DNA of 63,624 bases, counting the filler, from Octopus bimaculoides (Eukaryota), in the NCBI RefSeq assembly GCF_001194135.2. It is 4 parts of 3 records of this genome, joined end to end, with 100 filler letters (N's around TTAATTAATTAA, not from the genome) between each part and the next. Parts side by side here need not be neighbours in the genome. Positions count along the whole stretch, not along the records: positions 1 to 24,518 come from NC_068991.1; 3 more parts are not named here. The stretch is one strand, 5' to 3'. Below are positions 1 to 12,190 of this stretch, one piece after another. The translations under genes and the position numbers were made by a program. How positions within the stretch are numbered: position 1 is the stretch's first letter; every line of letters begins with the position of its first letter. The notes beneath the pieces were generated by a model. It saw only the letters and a program-made list of their open reading frames with translations, was not told where the DNA came from and did no database searches.

Positions 1-110
1 AGAGGAAGAGGAGAGAGGAAGAGGAGAGAGGAAGAGGAGAGAGGAAGAGGAGAGAGGAAGAGGAGAGAGGAAGAGGAGAGAGGAAGAGGAGAGAGGAAGA
101 GGAGAGAGAA
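1..110. repeat. 13-bp purine tandem repeat (AGAGGAAGAGGAG)n
   Basis: About 8 direct copies visible. Confidence 0.9.
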
Positions 111-892
111 GGAGGTAAATGTGGAGGGGGAAGAGCAAGGAAGGAAGAAAAAGGGGGACGAAGAAGAGAAAGGGAGAAAGAATGAAAGATTGAGAGAGGT
201 AGAAGAGGAGGAAAGCGAGGGGGAGGGTGACTAGGTGGAGGGAGAAGACGCTGAGGGAGAAGAGGCGGGGGGAGTCCCTTCCACCAAAATTTCAGGCCTT
301 GTGTCTATAGTAGAAAGGATTACATATAGCTTAGTAATTTCCATAAGAATTTTAAATACGGGACACTAATCTATGCAAATACCTGTAAAGACGTACATAC
401 TGGATGGATAGTTAACCACCACACAAAATCAACTTCTTTTTACTTTTTATTTATTCCTTCGTTTTTGTTTTATTATCATTATTTTTAATTATCTATTTAT
501 TGCAAAATAGCAGCAGCAGCAGGAAGAGGACCATTCAGTAAAAGCATGCGATAAGCTACGAAAAGACTGAAATCCATTGCTCTGGTGCATTGATGCACGA
601 CCTTTTTTTTTTCTGAAGATGGTCCTCAAAATTCAAGAGGACAACGTCTTGAGCTGTCATATATAAATTTACTTCTAATTGCATTAAGCAAACTCGTCAT
701 GGAACACCCAAACATTGCTATGGAGCATATCGTGTATCACAAGCCTAGAGTGAGATGGATTTTCTAGACATACCTTGGCTTCACAGAATACTGCTCTTAT
801 TATCTTTTCAAATATACACACAGCGTGTGTATATTTGAAGATGAGCCCTTAATACGCACTCGCAATTTGCCCCTGATAAAGTTAAATTATAA

Positions 893-1045
893 TTGACTGT
901 ATGGTAAGATGCTTGCTCTCCAACCACATGGCTTCTGGTTCAGTCCCACGGCGTGGCACCTTGGGCAAGTTTTTTTCTACTGTAGCCTCAGCCCAACCAA
1001 AGCCTTGTGAGTGGATTCGGTAAACGGAAACTGAAAGAAGCCCGT
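893..1045 (+). mobile_element. tRNA-head CORE-type SINE, 5' part
   Basis: tRNA-like head ending GGTTCAGTCCCAC followed by CORE-like GGCACCTTGGGCAAGT; same family as 7852-8200 and 20510-21150. Confidence 0.8.
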
Positions 1046-1339
1046 NNNNNNNNNNATATATATATATAATGAAAGAAGGAAAATGCACACACTTTACATA
1101 GATTTAACATATTTTTTAATATATCTCATATTGTTTGTCAACGGGTTTCGCTTTCGCTAATCATGACATTGAAATTATTGCAATTTCGTATTTTCTTAAG
1201 AAGATTTTGGTCCATGTTGTGTGTGGAGAAGTTTGTGAATGAGTCAACGAGTAGAAAAAAAACTTAGGAGAGGTAATTGGTGATCGTTGTTATTGGGAAC
1301 AGGGGAGGCAATTGTTAGTCCTTCGGGGAGGAGATGAAT

Positions 1340-1690
1340 AAATATTCACAAAAACTCAAAAGCTAAGGTTGTGAAATGAAGTATCGCTGCAAAAATATGG
1401 ATATCCATTTCACCATGTATAAGTGAGAACCGGAAAAGATACCGGGATGACTGCTTTATCATTTGGAATTTAAAGCACTACTAAATAATATAAACCCTAA
1501 CAGTCAATTTACAATGGAATATAGCAAAGAACAGCTCCCTTTCTTGGATATTATGATTTTTTTTTAAATCAATAACCAATTTATAACTGACATTTATCAT
1601 AAACCAACGGACTCGAAGTAATATTTTCTGTTTAGCTCAAGCCACCCGAAATATATCAAAAGAAATATCCACTTTAATTTAGCAGTACGT
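1340..1690 (+). mobile_element. Penelope-like element, reverse transcriptase relic
   Basis: Frameshifted translation RYRDDCFIIW...LLNNINPNSQFTMEYSKEQLPFLDIM...TDIYHKPTDSK*YFLFSSSHPKYIKRNIHFNLAVR, typical PLE RT motifs. Confidence 0.85.
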
Positions 1691-2606
1691 GAGCGGTAGT
1701 TTATTCTATGGACCACGAAAGGATAAAAGGTAAAGTCGACAACAGTAGGATTTTAACTCAGAACGTAAAGACGGGCGAAATGCCGTTAAGCATTGCGCCT
1801 GACGTGCTAACGATTCTACTGGCTCGCCGCCTTATACTCACGTAAGATAATATAATTGAANNNNNNNNNNNNNNNNNNNNNNNNNNNNNNNNNNNNNNNN
1901 NNNNNNNNNNNNNNNNNNNNNNNNNNNNNNNNNNNNNNNNNNNNNNNNNNNNNNNNNNNNNNNNNNNNNNNNNNNNNNNNNNNNNNNNNNNNNNNNNNNN
2001 NNNNNNNNNNNNNNNNNNNNNNNNNNNNNNNNNNNNNNNNNNNNNNNNNNNNNNNNNNNNNNNNNNNNNNNNNNNNNNNNNNNNNNNNNNNNNNNNNNNN
2101 NNNNNNNNNNNNNNNNNNNNNNNNNNNNNNNNNNNNNNNNNNNNNNNNNNNNNNNNNNNNNNNNNNNNNNNNNNNNNNNNNNNNNNNNNNNNNNNNNNNN
2201 NNNNNNNNNNNNNNNNNNNNNNNNNNNNNNNNNNNNNNNNNNNNNNNNNNNNNNNNNNNNNNNNNNNNNNNNNNNNNNNNNNNNNNNNNNNNNNNNNNNN
2301 NNNNNNNNNNNNNNNNNNNNNNNNNNNNNNNNNNNNNNNNNNNNNNNNNNNNNNNNNNNNNNNNNNNNNNNNNNNNNNNNNNNNNNNNNNNNNNNNNNNN
2401 NNNNNNNNNNNNNNNNNNNNNNNNNNNNNNNNNNNNNNNNNNNNNNNNNNNNNNNNNNNNNNNNNNNNNNNNNNNNNNNNNNNNNNNNNNNNNNNNNNNN
2501 NNNNNNNNNNNNNNNNNNNNNNNNNNNNNNNNNNNNNNNNNNNNNNNNNNNNNNNNNNNNNNNNNNNNNNNNNNNNNNNNNNNNNNNNNNNNNNNNNNNN
2601 NNNNNN

Positions 2607-2773
2607 TGAGTCAATTGCATCGACCCCAGTGTTAAACTGGTACTTATTTTATCGATCTCGAAAGGATGAAAGGGGAAGTTGACCTCGGCGGAATTTGAAT
2701 TCAGAACGTAAAGACGGGCGAAATGCCGTTAAGCATTGCGCCTGACGTGCTAACGATTCTACTGGCTCGCCGC
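2607..2773 (-). mobile_element. tRNA-head SINE family A (central box CTTTCATCCTTTCGGGGTCGATAAAATAAGTACCAG)
   Basis: Reverse complement of the family seen at 36081-36311; another copy at about 1690-1822. Confidence 0.85.
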
Positions 2774-3313
2774 CTTATACTCACGTAAGATAATATAATT
2801 GAATACAATTCTGAATTTGAGAAAAGGGCGGGGAAAAAACATTGGAACAAGGCTATAAGTATTAGTCATGCAGCAGGCATAAATATCCCTTTCAAAATAA
2901 ATAAAAAACCAAGACGTCTGTGACAATGAGGAGTTTACAAATTCCACACATAGTCTATGATTTCACACATCATAATTATAGTTACTGAGCAATGAGTGGG
3001 ACTGGTTACACACTGAAACATTTTCAAGTGGTCAGATTGCACTTCAACTACAAGTGTTGTTAAAAGGAATATTGTGATATTTCTGATAAATTATTACAAG
3101 CATCCCCCGCATTGCGGCTATTTCAGGTTACGGGATTCCATACAGAAATTGTAAAGTATGAAATTTCAGAACGTGATCTGTATTTTTGCCCTTGCGGAAA
3201 CTAGTATAAATTCTAAAAATTTAGAAGTTAGACTTTATTCTTAATCAAATGGCCGTTTCTCGGCGTTGTAGACAAGATCAAAGTATAGTTGAGAATTTTA
3301 AAAAATAATAATA

Positions 3314-3560
3314 AATGCGCCCTTTTAAAGCCTAGCCAGGTTCATAGCACGGTTTCCCGGTTTCAATGGCGTATGTGTTCCCCAACTGGACGGGACGCCA
3401 GTCCATCGCAGCGTTACTCATCTTTGCCAGCTGAGTGGACTAGAGCAACGTGAAATGAAGTGTTTTGCTCAAGAACACAACGCGTCGCCCGGTCCAGGAA
3501 TCGAAACCACAATCTTACGATCGTGATGCTGACAACCTAACCACTGAGCCACGCGCTTCC
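3314..3560 (-). mobile_element. tRNA-head SINE family C
   Basis: Minus strand GGAAGCGCGTGGCTCAGTGGTTAGG (A box) ...GGTTTCGATTCC (B box), then CORE-like GTGTTCTTGAGCAAAACACTT. Confidence 0.8.
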
Positions 3561-3959
3561 ACTAGTTGAGAATTGGAAATATTATAATCGCAATACATAC
3601 GTGTGTGTGTGTGGGTGTGGGTGTGTGTATCTGTGTGTTGCATGTGTGAGTGTGTGAGGAGTATAACGTTTTAGGACTCAAGTGCTCATGAACCTGATAA
3701 CCTCCTTAGGTCAGGTCAGATATGGGGCAACCCTTCAAATAACTGTAATAATACAGTACTTCCTCCTATCTTACTCCTTCACCCTTTCATTTTCTCATTT
3801 CCATTCTTACATTCATAAGAATATAACAATTTCTTGATCTCACTACAGTTATATATTCTTTTTACTACCTATTTATTGTTAATTGTTGATTGCCACGCTG
3901 TTAGATTGACAGTTCAAGGTGTCTGGAAAAGAAGCCATCACGTGGAACTGAAGGCAATT

Positions 3960-4260
3960 GCATGAGAAGGAACTGTTAATGGATTATACTGGATATTAAA
4001 CTTGATGCTTTAAAAAAACCTTAATGTGGTAGAAAAGAAAATCAGTCACATTGCCAAAACATTAAAGTTGTAATGTCTACGTACATAATAGAGAGGAGAA
4101 AATTAAGTACCCAAGAAGCTACTCCATAAAATGCTAAGAACTTGTTGGTGTAATTTTTTCATAGATCTAATGTGATGCTTAAAATGGAATGGCTCTTCAA
4201 TGTATATAGATCGTAGATCAGACTCGATTTAATGCCGATAAGTTAAAAATGTCGAAAGTT
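3960..4260 (+). mobile_element. Possible pogo/Tigger transposase N-terminal relic
   Basis: Frameshifted ILDIKLDALK..GEKKISHIAKTLKL.MST...HRSNVMLKMEWL resembles CENP-B/Psq HTH domains. Confidence 0.45.
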
Positions 4261-4752
4261 CGTATGATGGTTTACAGAATGAAGAAAATGAAACTTCTAA
4301 TAAAAATTTTTAAAAAAAACAAAAACAGAGGGTTAAGGGATTTCAACCATTTGACTTTATATTATCTTCATGAAATTATAGGAAATCACTGTTATCACTT
4401 CCTGTCAATGTTCTACTTTTTTTCATTCCCTAAACTGCATGCTAACGTCAAATACATATCCGACGGTTCAACATAAACATGTTGCAAAAGTCGTCACAAC
4501 TGCCGTAGGTCAAGAGGTTAAGCGGCTGCACATCTATTTGTCGTGTCGTGTCATATTGAGTTTATCCAAACATTGTCGTGTTCACAATGTGATTCTTTAC
4601 GTTAAGAGGTCTTGATCGACTGATATATCCTATTACCTCTGCAATTAATAACCACTTAAATACACACCCAATCACGTGCGAATACACACAAAACATGCAA
4701 CCATTCACCATCTCCAATATTAATAATAATAACAACAACAACAACAACAACA

Positions 4753-5305
4753 AATTGCCCTGATGCAGTACCAGGCAGTGGCTATCATGGCTTCTCATCT
4801 TAACTGATTGGAAGTGTTATCATGTACATTGTTTTGTCTTGGTATAAAAGATGGGCTACAGCAAATATTCTGCTCAATACCACAGATTTGCTTGACCTTA
4901 ACCAGTTGAGCATGTCCCTTAGTGGCTGACAATATGTGCATCTCTGATCACGAGCAGAAGTAGTGGGGGAGCATCATAGCTATGTGTTAAGAGGAATTCT
5001 TTGGGGTTTGGATAATTCACCTTTGGAAACATGGGTGTTTCGTTCAACATCCTTAAACAACCCTTATTCAGAGACCTTTTGAGCGAGATGGACTACTCGA
5101 CTAGAAGAAAATTCTAACTGGTCCCCACCTACAAGGTTACGTGCTGTTTATCTTGATATGAGATTACCATGTCGCGCACATATGGTTGTGATGCATGTGC
5201 CTGGTGTACCCTTATTAGACGAGTAGTCAAGATGGGTATACTGGGTTTCATATACTTTACCCCAGCGTCACTTTGATGGCATGCACTACTCTCTCACTCA
5301 ATAAT
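4753..5305. repeat. Unclassified ~550-bp interspersed repeat between (AAC)n and (AAT)n runs
   Basis: GC-richer block with sharp microsatellite borders. Single copy here; I recognise it as repeat-like but cannot assign a family. Confidence 0.45.
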
Positions 5306-6024
5306 AATAATGATGTTGATGATGACGATTCTTATAATTATTACTACGTGTCCTCAAATGATTTTGTTTCCTCATAACTTTCTGAAAAATGGATATTTGT
5401 TTTTATGAAATTAACTTCAAATACAATCTGATTATACCGAAATTTGTGGTGAATTTTTTTTTCTTTTTCGGAGAGTGGGGGAGGAATTTCGGATAATTCA
5501 CACGAATCGACTTTGTTTTCGCACAAGTTTCAGACAAATGGGTATATTATAATGGAAATTTCGACAAATACCTTTCAGATGGTGTAAGTTACAATAATAT
5601 TGGAATATGCAAAACCTACATCTTTTGAAAATAATCTGGTGACAACTTTAAATGTGATTGAAAGAAATTTAACGAGATCCAGTGCTAGGTTTGTTTTCTT
5701 GGCTTTCATGAGTGTGAGTGNNNNNNNNNNNNNNNNNNNNNNNNNNNNNNNNNNNNNNNNNNNNNNNNNNNNNNNNNNNNNNNNNNNNNNNNNNNNNNNN
5801 NNNNNNNNNNNNNNNNNNNNNNNNNNNNNNNNNNNNNNNNNGGGGGGGGGGGGGCGAGTATGCACATTTGTGTCATTGCATGCAAGTTTATGCATGAGAC
5901 GATGCATTATTTCAACCACAAAAATTCGTGCATACACTACAAGCAAAGGAATAAGCAATCTGATATGTATTGATCAATTAATTGCTAAAAATTCCTTTTA
6001 AATACTTCTGTAACTTATATTCGT

Positions 6025-6415
6025 GGAGGCGCAATGGCTCAGTGGTTAGGGCAGCGGACTCGCGGTCATAGGATCGCGGTTTCGATTCCCAGACCGGATG
6101 TTGTGAGTGTTTATTGAGCGAAAACACCTAAAGCTCCACGAGGTTCCAGCAGGGGTCGGTGGCGAACCCTGCTGTACTCTTTCACCACAACTTTCTCTCA
6201 CTCTTACTTCCTGTTTCTGTTGTGCCTGTAATTCAAAGGGTCAGCCTTGTCACACTGTGTCACGCTGAATATCCCCGAGAACTACGTTAAGGTACACGTG
6301 TGACTGTGGAGTGCTCAGCCACTTGCACGTTAATTTCACGAGCAGGGCGTTCCGTTGATCGGATCAACTGGAACCCTCGACGTCGTAAGCGACGGCGTGC
6401 CAACAACAACAACAA
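6025..6415 (+). mobile_element. tRNA-head SINE family B, full length, (AAC)n tail
   Basis: GGAGGCGCAATGGCTCAGTGGTTAGG...GGTTTCGATTCCC Pol III boxes; closely similar copy at 48640-49018. Confidence 0.9.
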
Positions 6416-6924
6416 CTTATATCCATTAAAAAGATGTAGATTTAGTTGTCTATTCATGTGTGTATATTCCTCGGTCACTGACATCGTTTTCAATTCCCAC
6501 AGTTAAAATACAAGTTACACATAAAGGTATATGCATGAGAGAGCGAACCATATAAACAGTGAAAAGTTATGTGTGCGTATGTGAGTATGTGTTAGGAGTA
6601 TGTAAAGTGGACGTAAATGTATAAGTATGTAGTGGGAGGGGTCATGTCAGTAGAGGGAGGGAGGCAAGCATACGAAAACAGGGTCACAGCAAATAACATT
6701 CACTGACTCCCCATGGCTAGTTTGACAGGTGGTTTGTCCCAGTCCGACTGCAGCTCTTGGTGCGTGTGTTACATCTTAATACAAATACAAATAACTCAAC
6801 ACACACTCAAGCGTATGATGGCATACACTAACAAGCACGCACAAACTGATAGAGTTGTATGTATGCATGCATGTGTGCGTGTCTGCACATATATACATAC
6901 ACACACACACACATATATATATAT

Positions 6925-7850
6925 ACTAGCTGACGTACCCGGTAATTCCCGGGAAAGCGGGTCTTATCCCATGGTCCCGTTCTCATAATTGTTTCGCTAA
7001 TCCAGTGACAACAATACAAAGTATGTAGCCCTTAAAACGGTTTTTGTGCATTTATTGAGAATACCAGAGTGTCTTCACAGGATCTTGTTTTTAGGAATTC
7101 CCAATAAGTTATGAATACCCAAATTATGAAGTCGGTTATGTAATAACATGAAATTAATTACCTGATAGTAAGAATTCAAATAAAGTAGCCCCGAAAAGGG
7201 CTTTAATACGTTCCCAGAATATATAGAACTTAGGAGGAAATATTAATAAGGTATGTATACTAAAATCGTGAAGCATGTTACGTAATAATAGGCTAATCAA
7301 ATATGAGATAATAACAATTCAAAGTAAATAACTCTGAAAAAAGCTTTTGTGCGTTTGCAGAGAATATTACCCTCAGCGGCGCTAGTGTTGGTATATTCGT
7401 GAATAAGTCACTAACCAAAATAAGTGGATTTATTGTTTAGAAAAATATTATTTACTTGTTTAAGCGTTGTACTGGATAAATTGCGAAAATAATTCAAATA
7501 GTTCAAATACTAAGAAATAAGCATACTCAATTTGATTTATACGAAATAATTTACAAATACGAATGGATTATTTCCCTTTGTTATATATAAGGATCCCTTT
7601 CAGGAGTGAATGGGTTATTTCCCTTGGGTGTTTAAAAATAATATATTAATTATATGTAGTAGATATAAGAATCCCTTCCAGGGGCCCTATTACCGATATT
7701 TTTTCAACAATCTAAGTATGTCACTAATTTTCCAGACATGAGTTCTACTCGCGTGTTAAGTTTCATCAAAATCGATAAAACGATGGAGGATGAGTTAGAT
7801 AACAACGCCACAAACAAACACACCCACAGACTTCCACATATGTAATAAAT
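6925..7850 (+). mobile_element. Helitron/Helentron-like non-autonomous element with internal subrepeats
   Basis: Starts ACTAGCTGACGTACCCGG...CCGGGAA after (TA)n and ends AGTTTCATCAAAATCG...ACAAACAAAC, the layout of Lep1/DINE-1-type elements. Confidence 0.6.
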
Positions 7851-7851
7851 A

Positions 7852-8196
7852 TAGGTGCAGGAGTGCCTGTGTGGTAAGTAGCTTGCTTACCAACCACATA
7901 GCTCTGGGTTCAGTCCCAGTGTGGCACCTTGGGCAAGTGTTTTCTACTATAACCCCGGGCCAACCAAACTGAAAGAAGCCTGTCATATACATGTATGTGT
8001 GTGTGTGTTTTTGTCACCTCACCATCACTTGACAACTGATGTTGGTATGTTTACGTCCCCGTAATCTAGCATTTTGGGAAAAGTGACTGATAGAATATGT
8101 ACTAGGCTTACAAAGAATTAGTCCTGGGGTCGATTTGTTCAACTAAAGGCGGTGCTCCAGCATGGCTGCAATCAAATGACTGAAACAAATTAAAGA

Positions 8197-8200
<4 letters not shown>
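7852..8200 (+). mobile_element. tRNA-head CORE-type SINE, near full length
   Basis: Head, CORE box, internal (TG)n, tail ...GGCGGTGCTCCAGCATGG...GACTGAAACAA. Confidence 0.85.
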
Positions 8201-8227
<27 letters not shown>

Positions 8228-8228
<1 letters not shown>

Positions 8229-8420
8229 CGTGTATATAAATGGCAAGTTCTGTCCGTCTGTCTATTACCATCTTGGTGCCCAATCCAGGGAACCAAACTT
8301 TGTATACATGTTGAACTAACGTCCAGTTCGATTAAAGACTAATTAGATTTCAATAAAAGTCGATAATGGACCGACTACGGGGCTTGGGCTATTACATGAT
8401 AAAATGAGAGAGGTGCAAAA
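8228..8420 (+). mobile_element. Helitron-like 5' fragment
   Basis: Homologous to 14225-14430; both start TATATAAAT.GCAA.TTCTGTC.GTCTGTC after a (TA)n run. Confidence 0.5.
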
Positions 8421-8522
8421 GTGTTGTGTGTGTGCGCGTGCATATCTTCCTTATGCATTCGAAAACTGAGTTTCCAACTTTGACGTATGGTGTATCAAAA
8501 GATTCAGCAATCTTACGTCTAC

Positions 8523-8874
8523 CAAATAAACTGACCCTGCAGAAGTTGAATGAATTGGGCTACGAAACTCTGCCTCATCCACCATACTCACAAGACCTCT
8601 TGCCTACCGACTACCACTTTTTCAAGCGTCTTGACAACTTCCTGCTTGAGAAATGCTTCAAAAACCATGACGATGCCAAATATGCCTTCAACGACTTCAT
8701 CACCACCAGAACGCAGGATTTTTTCGCTACTGGCGTAAATAAACTTGTTTCGCGTTGGCAAAAGTGTGTTGATTCTGATGATGTTTATTTCGATTAATAA
8801 AGTTTTGTTTGAGCCGAGATATGTGCATCTGAATTTAAAGGTTAAAAACCGCAAGAACTTTCTTGACAACCTAA
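8523..8874 (+). mobile_element. mariner (Hsmar1-like) transposase C-terminus plus right TIR
   Basis: TLQKLNELGYETLPHPPYSQDLLPTDYHFFKRLDNFL...RWQKCVDSDDVYFD*; TIR AAAACCGCAAGAACTTTCTTGACAACCTAA at 8845-8874. Confidence 0.92.
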
Positions 8875-9569
8875 TGCATGCTCACATAGTTAACTTAGAC
8901 ACATGCATAGAAAGACCATATGAAGAGGATCAAGCAGATTCACACACTGACAATAAATATTAATACACCAACATAACACATCCACCCTGAACCCGTGTGT
9001 ATATGCAAAGACAGACAAATATAAACAAACACAGTTCCTAACCACACTGATGTTTACACTTTACAGAAAATAAACAGGATATGATAATGACACCCCCACC
9101 GACTACAACAACTACACGGTCACCTCACCATTGCTACCATTCCACCAGAGAAAGGCTCTTCTATGCAGTCAATTTTCTATGAACAGCAGATAAACCTCTC
9201 TCAAATTATATCTTTCTATCTTTACAAAAAGGGAAGAATATACTGGACAGAGTAATACTGGGCTACACGGTTACAGCCCAATGGGTATGTAGGACTATAT
9301 TATCAAATGTTACATTTATTTATTCAAGACAGGATGTGATTTGAGTGAGGTTTGGCTGATAATTTTTGGGAGATAGAATGACCAATCCAGCAAATAGAGC
9401 AGATCCTTCCCAAGACTCATAGGACCGGTTAACCAGTTTCTGTGGTGTATATATTTCCCCTCACTTCCTGGTCTGTCGCATAAGAGATAGAATACCTTAT
9501 CAAAAATATTTGTCCACAGAGTTCAAATACAGTAAATGTGTGCACATTTTCTTTGAATATTTTTTTTTT

Positions 9570-9795
9570 CTTTATTGCCCACAGGGGGCTAAACATAGAG
9601 GGGACAAACAAGGACAGACAAAGGGAATAAGTTGATTACATCGACCCCAGTGTGTAACTGGTACTTATTTAATCGACCCCAAAAGGATGAAAGGCAAAGT
9701 CGACCCCGGTGGAATTTGAACTCAGAATGTAACAGCAGACGAAATACTGCTAAGCATTTTGCCCAGCATGCTAATGATTCTGCCAGCTCACTGCC
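9570..9795 (-). mobile_element. SINE family A with tail type B
   Basis: Reverse complement of 36081-36311. Confidence 0.85.
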
Positions 9796-10031
9796 CTAAT
9801 TTTCTTCAAATAATGTTACTTTATTCAGTTGGGATTTTCTTAGGGAAAGCTCAGCATGGACTTAGTTGTGCAATCAACGTTTTCTTAGATGAAGGCTGGA
9901 CCCCTGAGATGTGTCATACAGGCTCACCAGTGTGTAGATATGCCTTGATATTGCATCATTTTCAATGTGGGACAAATTCCTTCAGCCTTAACAACTAACA
10001 GAAAAGCAGAACACTGAGGATGTGACAACAG

Positions 10032-10065
<34 letters not shown>

Positions 10066-11050
10066 TACATATGAGGGGGAGGAGAGAAACAGACAGACAG
10101 AGGAGGGAAGAAGAAAGAGAGAGAGAAAGGATAGTAGTGATTGGCACCAGAATTCAACTGGTACTCATTTTCAGTTGAGTAGAATAGAATGCAACCTCAA
10201 CCATGATATTTAAAAACAAAAAATTTGTTTTACATTTTTATTTTATTTTTATATGTATATATATATATATGTACATATATATCNNNNNNNNNNNNNNNNN
10301 NNNNNNNNNNNNNNNNTATATATATATATATGAATTTGAGTACACTCCAAGGAGACTTGTGTTGGTCTGCATCAGCAAGACAAGTATGATTTAGTAAAAT
10401 AGGTAAAAAAGTGTAGAGTGAACTTGCCATGAAAATCCAATAGTTTTGCTACTCCTACACCTCTTAGTTCATTAAACCCTTTCTTATTTCCCAACTCTCC
10501 TTTCACCTCATCTTTTCCAGTCACCTCACTCTCGACTTCAACCACTTTTCCTCTTCGTTCCATTCCTCTTTCCTTCTAACTCTCTCACCCTGTTTCTCTC
10601 TCTTAGCAGTTCCTGTTCACATTTGAAGCTCCCATAGTCCTGCATTCCTTATCAGTTGCAGTCAGTTTTTCTAACTCAGAAGGACTGTCCAAAATGTTGG
10701 ATTTTCCCATCTTCATAGAAAGCTTACTCTCCCTATACCATTTTCTGTACCCATCCCTCCACCTTAGTGCCTTTCAAACATATCACCCCACCTCCTACTC
10801 CTCACACATATTCCTTCCTTACATTATCTCTTCCTATCCCTCCTCTACTCCTCTCCCACCCCGCTTATAATATCTTGACCACCATCTAACACTCCTTTTT
10901 TCATTTTCTCTTCCTCTTTCTTTCTTACTTCTTTCCTCACCTATTCCTTTTGACCATTTTTAACATACACATCTATCCTCTTCTCTTTATCTACTTTTAC
11001 GTTCTCAAAATTTCATTCACACCACATCTATCTATCTATCTATATCTATA

Positions 11051-11092
<42 letters not shown>

Positions 11093-11283
11093 GTTTCTGT
11101 CCATGAATATATTGTATACAGAGACAAGGTTTTTGTATCTGTCTGTTGTCTATTACAAATAGTGTTGGCTGCTAACATATGCAAATGGATAAACTCCAGA
11201 GTACAGAATGGCATAATGTACACACACACACACACACATACATCTGCATATTATATAATATATTATATAATCTACACAAGAAA

Positions 11284-11395
11284 TTATTTCTTTGAATTCA
11301 TTGATGATAAATCCTCATCTAGAAATTTCACAACATCCTTGCGGGCAAGAATATATCCAAAGCCAGAAAGAATTGTTGTCGTTGCAGTGAGATAC
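11284..11395 (-). CDS. CRLS1: Cardiolipin synthase exon 7 (terminal coding exon)
   Basis: tttgtcag|GTATCTC; phase 2 completes Trp, then YLTATTTILSGFGYILARKDVVKFLDEDLSSMNSKK and TAA at 11284-11286. Confidence 0.9.
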
Positions 11396-11574
11396 CTGAC
11401 AAAAAAATAAATAAATAAAAATAATAAGATAAAACTATATCAAAAACATATAAACTAAATATCACACAAGAAATAAAAACAAACAAAGGGAAAAAGCCTC
11501 AATATGAAAATCATTAAAGATACAAAACTGTTTTTTTCATCTTTTACCATTACAGCAATTTTGTTAGAGTCAAA

Positions 11575-11830
11575 TGATAGAAGCATGGCTATGTGGTTAG
11601 GAAATTTACTTTACAACTACATGGTTTCAGGTTCAGTACCACTGTGTAGAACCTTGGACAAGTGTCTTCTACTATAGCCCAAAGATGACTAAAGTCCTGT
11701 GAGAGGATTTTATTGAGGGAAACTGAAAGAAGCTAGCTCTGTGTGTGTGTGTTCATGTCTCTGTGTCTTGAGAGTGCATGCTAATTGTAAAAAACACCAC
11801 CATCATACAAGCAGTGCAATTTTCCATGAA
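11575..11830 (+). mobile_element. CORE-type SINE, degenerate, in CRLS1 intron 6
   Basis: GGCTATGTGGTTAGG...GGTTCAGTACCACTG...CCTTGGACAAGTGTCTTCTACTATAG. Confidence 0.7.
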
Positions 11831-12098
11831 GGCATACCTGATTATTGTGCTGTTTGTGTTCGAAGCACTAGTGGAAATATTACTGCGGTTGTAATTAGGT
11901 AATATTATACCCCAACATTGTAGTCAGTTCGCTGTATGGGTAGGTAACCCTACATCAGACCACTACTATTTATATGTAGCAGTCCCATCTATTCTCATCA
12001 GAGTGTATCGTACTTTCGCCACAACATCACGTAAAAATGACATCATAACAAGAATAAGCAAGATTAAAGCCGTTATCCAGCAGAATGGAAACACTTAC

Positions 12099-12190
12099 CA
12101 GAGAGCCTGGAGATAGATGTGATCAACAAAACCCATGACAGGTGCTGCTAGACAGGCAGCTAAAAGAGTTAACTGGATTCCAGTGTTGAC
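12099..12190 (-). CDS. CRLS1: Cardiolipin synthase exon 6 (92 nt)
   Basis: ttccag|GTCAAC...CTCTG|gtaagt; [31 protein letters not shown] (phase 0 to 2). Confidence 0.95.

Noticed and set aside
1761-2801. Identical ~100-bp sequence on both sides of the 1861-2606 gap (similarly 53100-53181 versus about 53280-53370)
   Set aside because: Exact duplicates bracketing gaps are typical unmerged contig overlaps.
6025-6100. tRNA gene-like heads
   Set aside because: A and B boxes continue into SINE bodies repeated elsewhere; no full cloverleaf.
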